From the IMG/VR virus record IMGVR_UViG_3300028416_000004, positions 62,001 through 126,000 of that record: a stretch of DNA of 64,000 bases; one strand, 5' to 3'. The notes under the pieces are model-generated. The model had not been told where the DNA came from and did not search any database. It saw only the letters and a program-made list of their open reading frames with translations. A program made the translations under genes and the position numbers. Shown piece by piece: positions 61,222 through 64,000 of the stretch (its first letter is position 1; the number at the start of each line of letters is the position of its first letter).

Positions 61222-63210
61222 CTAATAAATTAAATCAGTTAATTTCGTTATTTCACCACTATGTGTTGTCGCACTATAATCAGTATTTACAGTTAAATTC
61301 GATGTGATTACTTCAGAAGTGGTTGGATAATTAATCGATAAACCACTATTTGAATAGATACTACTATTAACTACTTGTAATCTACCAAAATTAGTTATAT
61401 TAGTTAAAGTGTCTCCACTACCTGTATTAACTATATTTGAATTATTAATTAACACGTTTAAATATTGTCCATCACCATAAGAATCTAAATCATTATAACC
61501 ATTCACATAAGAGTTGTTCAATCTAAATGTTGATGTTGTAGTATCTGTATGGTCATATAATATAAACCTATCAGCAGTTGATATAATTTTACTATTATTC
61601 ACATTTATCTCACCTCCAAATCTAGGATGAAATGTATAATTAAAATTACCCTCTATATTACCTCTAAAATTAACTTTTGAAGTTCCAAAAGATTGCATAA
61701 TAACATTACTAGTTGTCCCAGTACCTAACAACTTGATATCTCCATCAAAATTAATTATATTACCACTAGATGAACTAACAATAAACCTACCTACACCACT
61801 ACTAGTTTTTGTTGTTATAGTACCTTTATAATTTATAATATTATTAGAATGATTTAACCAGAATAAACCAGTAGTTAAACTGTTATCAGAATAATCATAT
61901 AAATTTGAATTCATATTTAAAACCCAACCACCACTAATAAATGTTGATACAATTGCACCGTAATATGCGAATGTTGTATATGCATTTTGATAATAAATAT
62001 CCTTTATGTTGACATTTATATTACCACAAGTTAATTGTCTCATATTAAAAACTTGAGCTAACGACAACATATATTCGCCATTTATATCAATATTAGATGA
62101 AGTGCAATTGTTTCTAATATAAAAAGAATAAGCGCAATCATAATAGTATCTACGTTTTACGTAAGATGAAAAATCCAAAAACTCGGAATCCATAATAGTA
62201 TAGACACTACCATATCCAGCATTACCAGATAAGAAGTATTTGTGTTCCTCATCAGATATTAATGTGAATTTACAGTCATTAACGGTATTTCTGATTTCAA
62301 TTAATTGACAACTATTAGACCTTAAACTTTTAGTTTCTGAAAAGAAGTTAAAATTATTACCACCATTACATGTGAAATACATCGATAAACCGTTACTTGT
62401 ATCTGGTCCTAAACCAGTAGCTTCAAATTCTAAATAACCCAACACTGTACATGTTTCACCAGTTGTTCCGTTTGGTGAGAATAGACCAACACTTTGACCA
62501 GTTGGTGCCTCATTAATCATATTAATTTTAACACCAGCACAAAAATAATACGTTATACCATCTTTCCATAAATTTAATTCAGTCTGCCAAACACCATCAT
62601 ATTGATTACCAGTAGAATCACTATTATCAAAAACAATTGTTTGTGGTAACACATATATTAAATCACCATATGTTGAAGCTGTTTTAGCACCATAAAGTGT
62701 TTTAAATGGTTTATCTAATCTACCTTTTTCACCAGTTGAGTCATCACCATTCTCATCAACAAAAAGTGTATTTGAAATAGTTACACCTGTAAAGAAACCA
62801 TCAATGTTTATACTATTATTAGCATTATCTAATAATGTTAATACACCATTCTCTTTACTATAAGTGCTTCCTGTAATAAAAGTATCTGTTATACCTGTAA
62901 CATCTATTGTAACAAAATCATTTCTAGAAATTGTTAATAAATCTAACTCTTGATTATAAGTAGCTCCAGTTACATATTTATCTTGAGATGTTGCTGCACT
63001 AATTATATGTTGAACATCAACATAATCTATATTCCCATTTGATGAATTTCTTGCTAATATTTGAAATAAAGAATTATCATTACTTGGAACATCTACAATA
63101 TTTAATGTATTAGCAGATAAGTTAGCTTGAATATAAGTATTTCCACTTACAGTACCACCACTTAATGGTAAAAATTTATCATCTATTTTAAAAAAATATT
63201 GTCCAGCCAC
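61222..63210 (-). CDS. Tailspike-like protein with probable beta-helix domain
   Basis: GTG start; LPLSGGT; LFVDENGDDSTG....DKPFKTL beta-helix entry motif; Asn/Ile-rich rungs. Confidence 0.68.
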   Translation of the reverse strand: MAGQYFFKIDDKFLPLSGGTVSGNTYIQANLSANTLNIVDVPSNDNSLFQILARNSSNGNIDYVDVQHIISAATSQDKYVTGATYNQELDLLTISRNDFVTIDVTGITDTFITGSTYSKENGVLTLLDNANNSINIDGFFTGVTISNTLFVDENGDDSTGEKGRLDKPFKTLYGAKTASTYGDLIYVLPQTIVFDNSDSTGNQYDGVWQTELNLWKDGITYYFCAGVKINMINEAPTGQSVGLFSPNGTTGETCTVLGYLEFEATGLGPDTSNGLSMYFTCNGGNNFNFFSETKSLRSNSCQLIEIRNTVNDCKFTLISDEEHKYFLSGNAGYGSVYTIMDSEFLDFSSYVKRRYYYDCAYSFYIRNNCTSSNIDINGEYMLSLAQVFNMRQLTCGNINVNIKDIYYQNAYTTFAYYGAIVSTFISGGWVLNMNSNLYDYSDNSLTTGLFWLNHSNNIINYKGTITTKTSSGVGRFIVSSSSGNIINFDGDIKLLGTGTTSNVIMQSFGTSKVNFRGNIEGNFNYTFHPRFGGEINVNNSKIISTADRFILYDHTDTTTSTFRLNNSYVNGYNDLDSYGDGQYLNVLINNSNIVNTGSGDTLTNITNFGRLQVVNSSIYSNSGLSINYPTTSEVITSNLTVNTDYSATTHSGEITKLTDLIY

Positions 63211-63211
63211 T

Positions 63212-63571
63212 TTATATATTATTTATATCTTCTTCAATTTTAATACTTATACCTCCTTCTCTAGGTAAAGACATCTTTGTTCCATTTGCAAAAAACAATT
63301 CAAATTCACCAATAAAATTTCCAGAAATAGCAGTATCTCCTTCTACCCATTGATATTGTATTATACCAGAGTCATTAGAAATTACTTGAGCTACTTTAGA
63401 AGATATAACTAAAGCTCCACAATCATCTACCATAGAAAATTCAACTTTAGTTACAGCACTTAAATTCAATCTATTCCAACCTCCTAAACAACCTTTATCA
63501 TAAACGGTAGCTATCAAAGCTGGTGCTGTATCATTTCTTTTTATAATAAATGGTTTTTCTCCTCTTGCCAT
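63212..63571 (-). CDS. BppU-like Ig-fold virion protein
   Basis: FIIKRNDTAP.L, GIIQYQW..GDT...G.F.GEFE..F..G...S.P. Confidence 0.7.
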   Translation of the reverse strand: MARGEKPFIIKRNDTAPALIATVYDKGCLGGWNRLNLSAVTKVEFSMVDDCGALVISSKVAQVISNDSGIIQYQWVEGDTAISGNFIGEFELFFANGTKMSLPREGGISIKIEEDINNI

Positions 63572-63575
63572 ACTT

Positions 63576-63938
63576 TTAATTATTAACTATTTCTAATCTT
63601 ACTTCTTGATTTTCAAGTCTTATGTCAATATTTTGACCAACTACAACAGGGCTTAATTTAAATCTTGTTATAAGTCTCTTTTCTGGACTATCTACTGTAT
63701 ATTTTAAAACCCAATTCATTTCATATATATCATCAATATTGTATAAACCTGGGGATAAATTTACATAATACCTTCCTAAAGAATCATTTATAACTTCAGG
63801 ACTCTCTATAACAATAGAATCTCCTTCTATTGTTACATAACCAGATATTTCTTCTACATTTATTAAATCATATGTTTCTCCACTTAAAGTGGTTATATTG
63901 ATACAATAAAAATCTCTATAAAGTCTTAAATAAGCCAT
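63576..63938 (-). CDS. Hypothetical Ig-like virion protein
   Basis: Probable start MAYLRLYR at 63938; GRYYV motif; TATTTAT at 63965-63971. Confidence 0.6.
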   Translation of the reverse strand: MAYLRLYRDFYCINITTLSGETYDLINVEEISGYVTIEGDSIVIESPEVINDSLGRYYVNLSPGLYNIDDIYEMNWVLKYTVDSPEKRLITRFKLSPVVVGQNIDIRLENQEVRLEIVNN

Positions 63939-64000
63939 AATCAAAAAAAGATATTTCCTCACAAATAAATAGTAACAAAAAAGGAGACTGTATTAAAACA

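Noticed and set aside
63976-64000. Possible terminator hairpin at the right edge
   Set aside because: Only one arm is inside the window, so it cannot be confirmed
1-64000. tRNA, rRNA, integrase, transposase or defence-system genes
   Set aside because: None recognised by eye; intergenic gaps are short and AT-rich. A tRNAscan-SE/Infernal run would be needed to exclude small RNAs formally

Overview
A very AT-rich, gene-dense 64-kb segment of a large T4-like (contractile-tailed) dsDNA phage genome, almost all coded on the minus strand. The host is probably a Bacteroidota member (inference from TAnnTTTG promoter elements, A-rich start regions without Shine-Dalgarno sequences, a flavobacterial-type DnaQ-DnaE fusion and an Hc1-like protein). 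Left to right it holds: putative head proteins; class Ia ribonucleotide reductase (nrdA, nrdB); 5'-3' exonuclease; RecA/UvsX; gp32-like SSB; a divergent family A polymerase; a tail/baseplate block (hub with GH19 lysozyme, gp53-like wedge, a 22-aa-repeat protein, tape measure, two gp26-like paralogues); a free-standing Vsr-like endonuclease; RecD2 with a LAGLIDADG intein; a holin; DnaE fractured into two genes by a naturally split intein; portal; large terminase; and a ~19-kb cluster of fibre/adhesin genes built from shared modules. Three observations stand out. (1) The split-intein DnaE is broken at the GRG|S site. (2) The two gp26-like paralogues carry each other's C-terminus in alternative reading frames around a T-TTT-TTT site, which looks like a programmed frameshift resolved by gene duplication. 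(3) There is a two-class promoter system whose putative late motif, TATTTAT, is the reverse complement of the T4 late promoter core. No tRNA, rRNA or CRISPR array was recognised. All family assignments come from reading motifs by eye; no database search was run.
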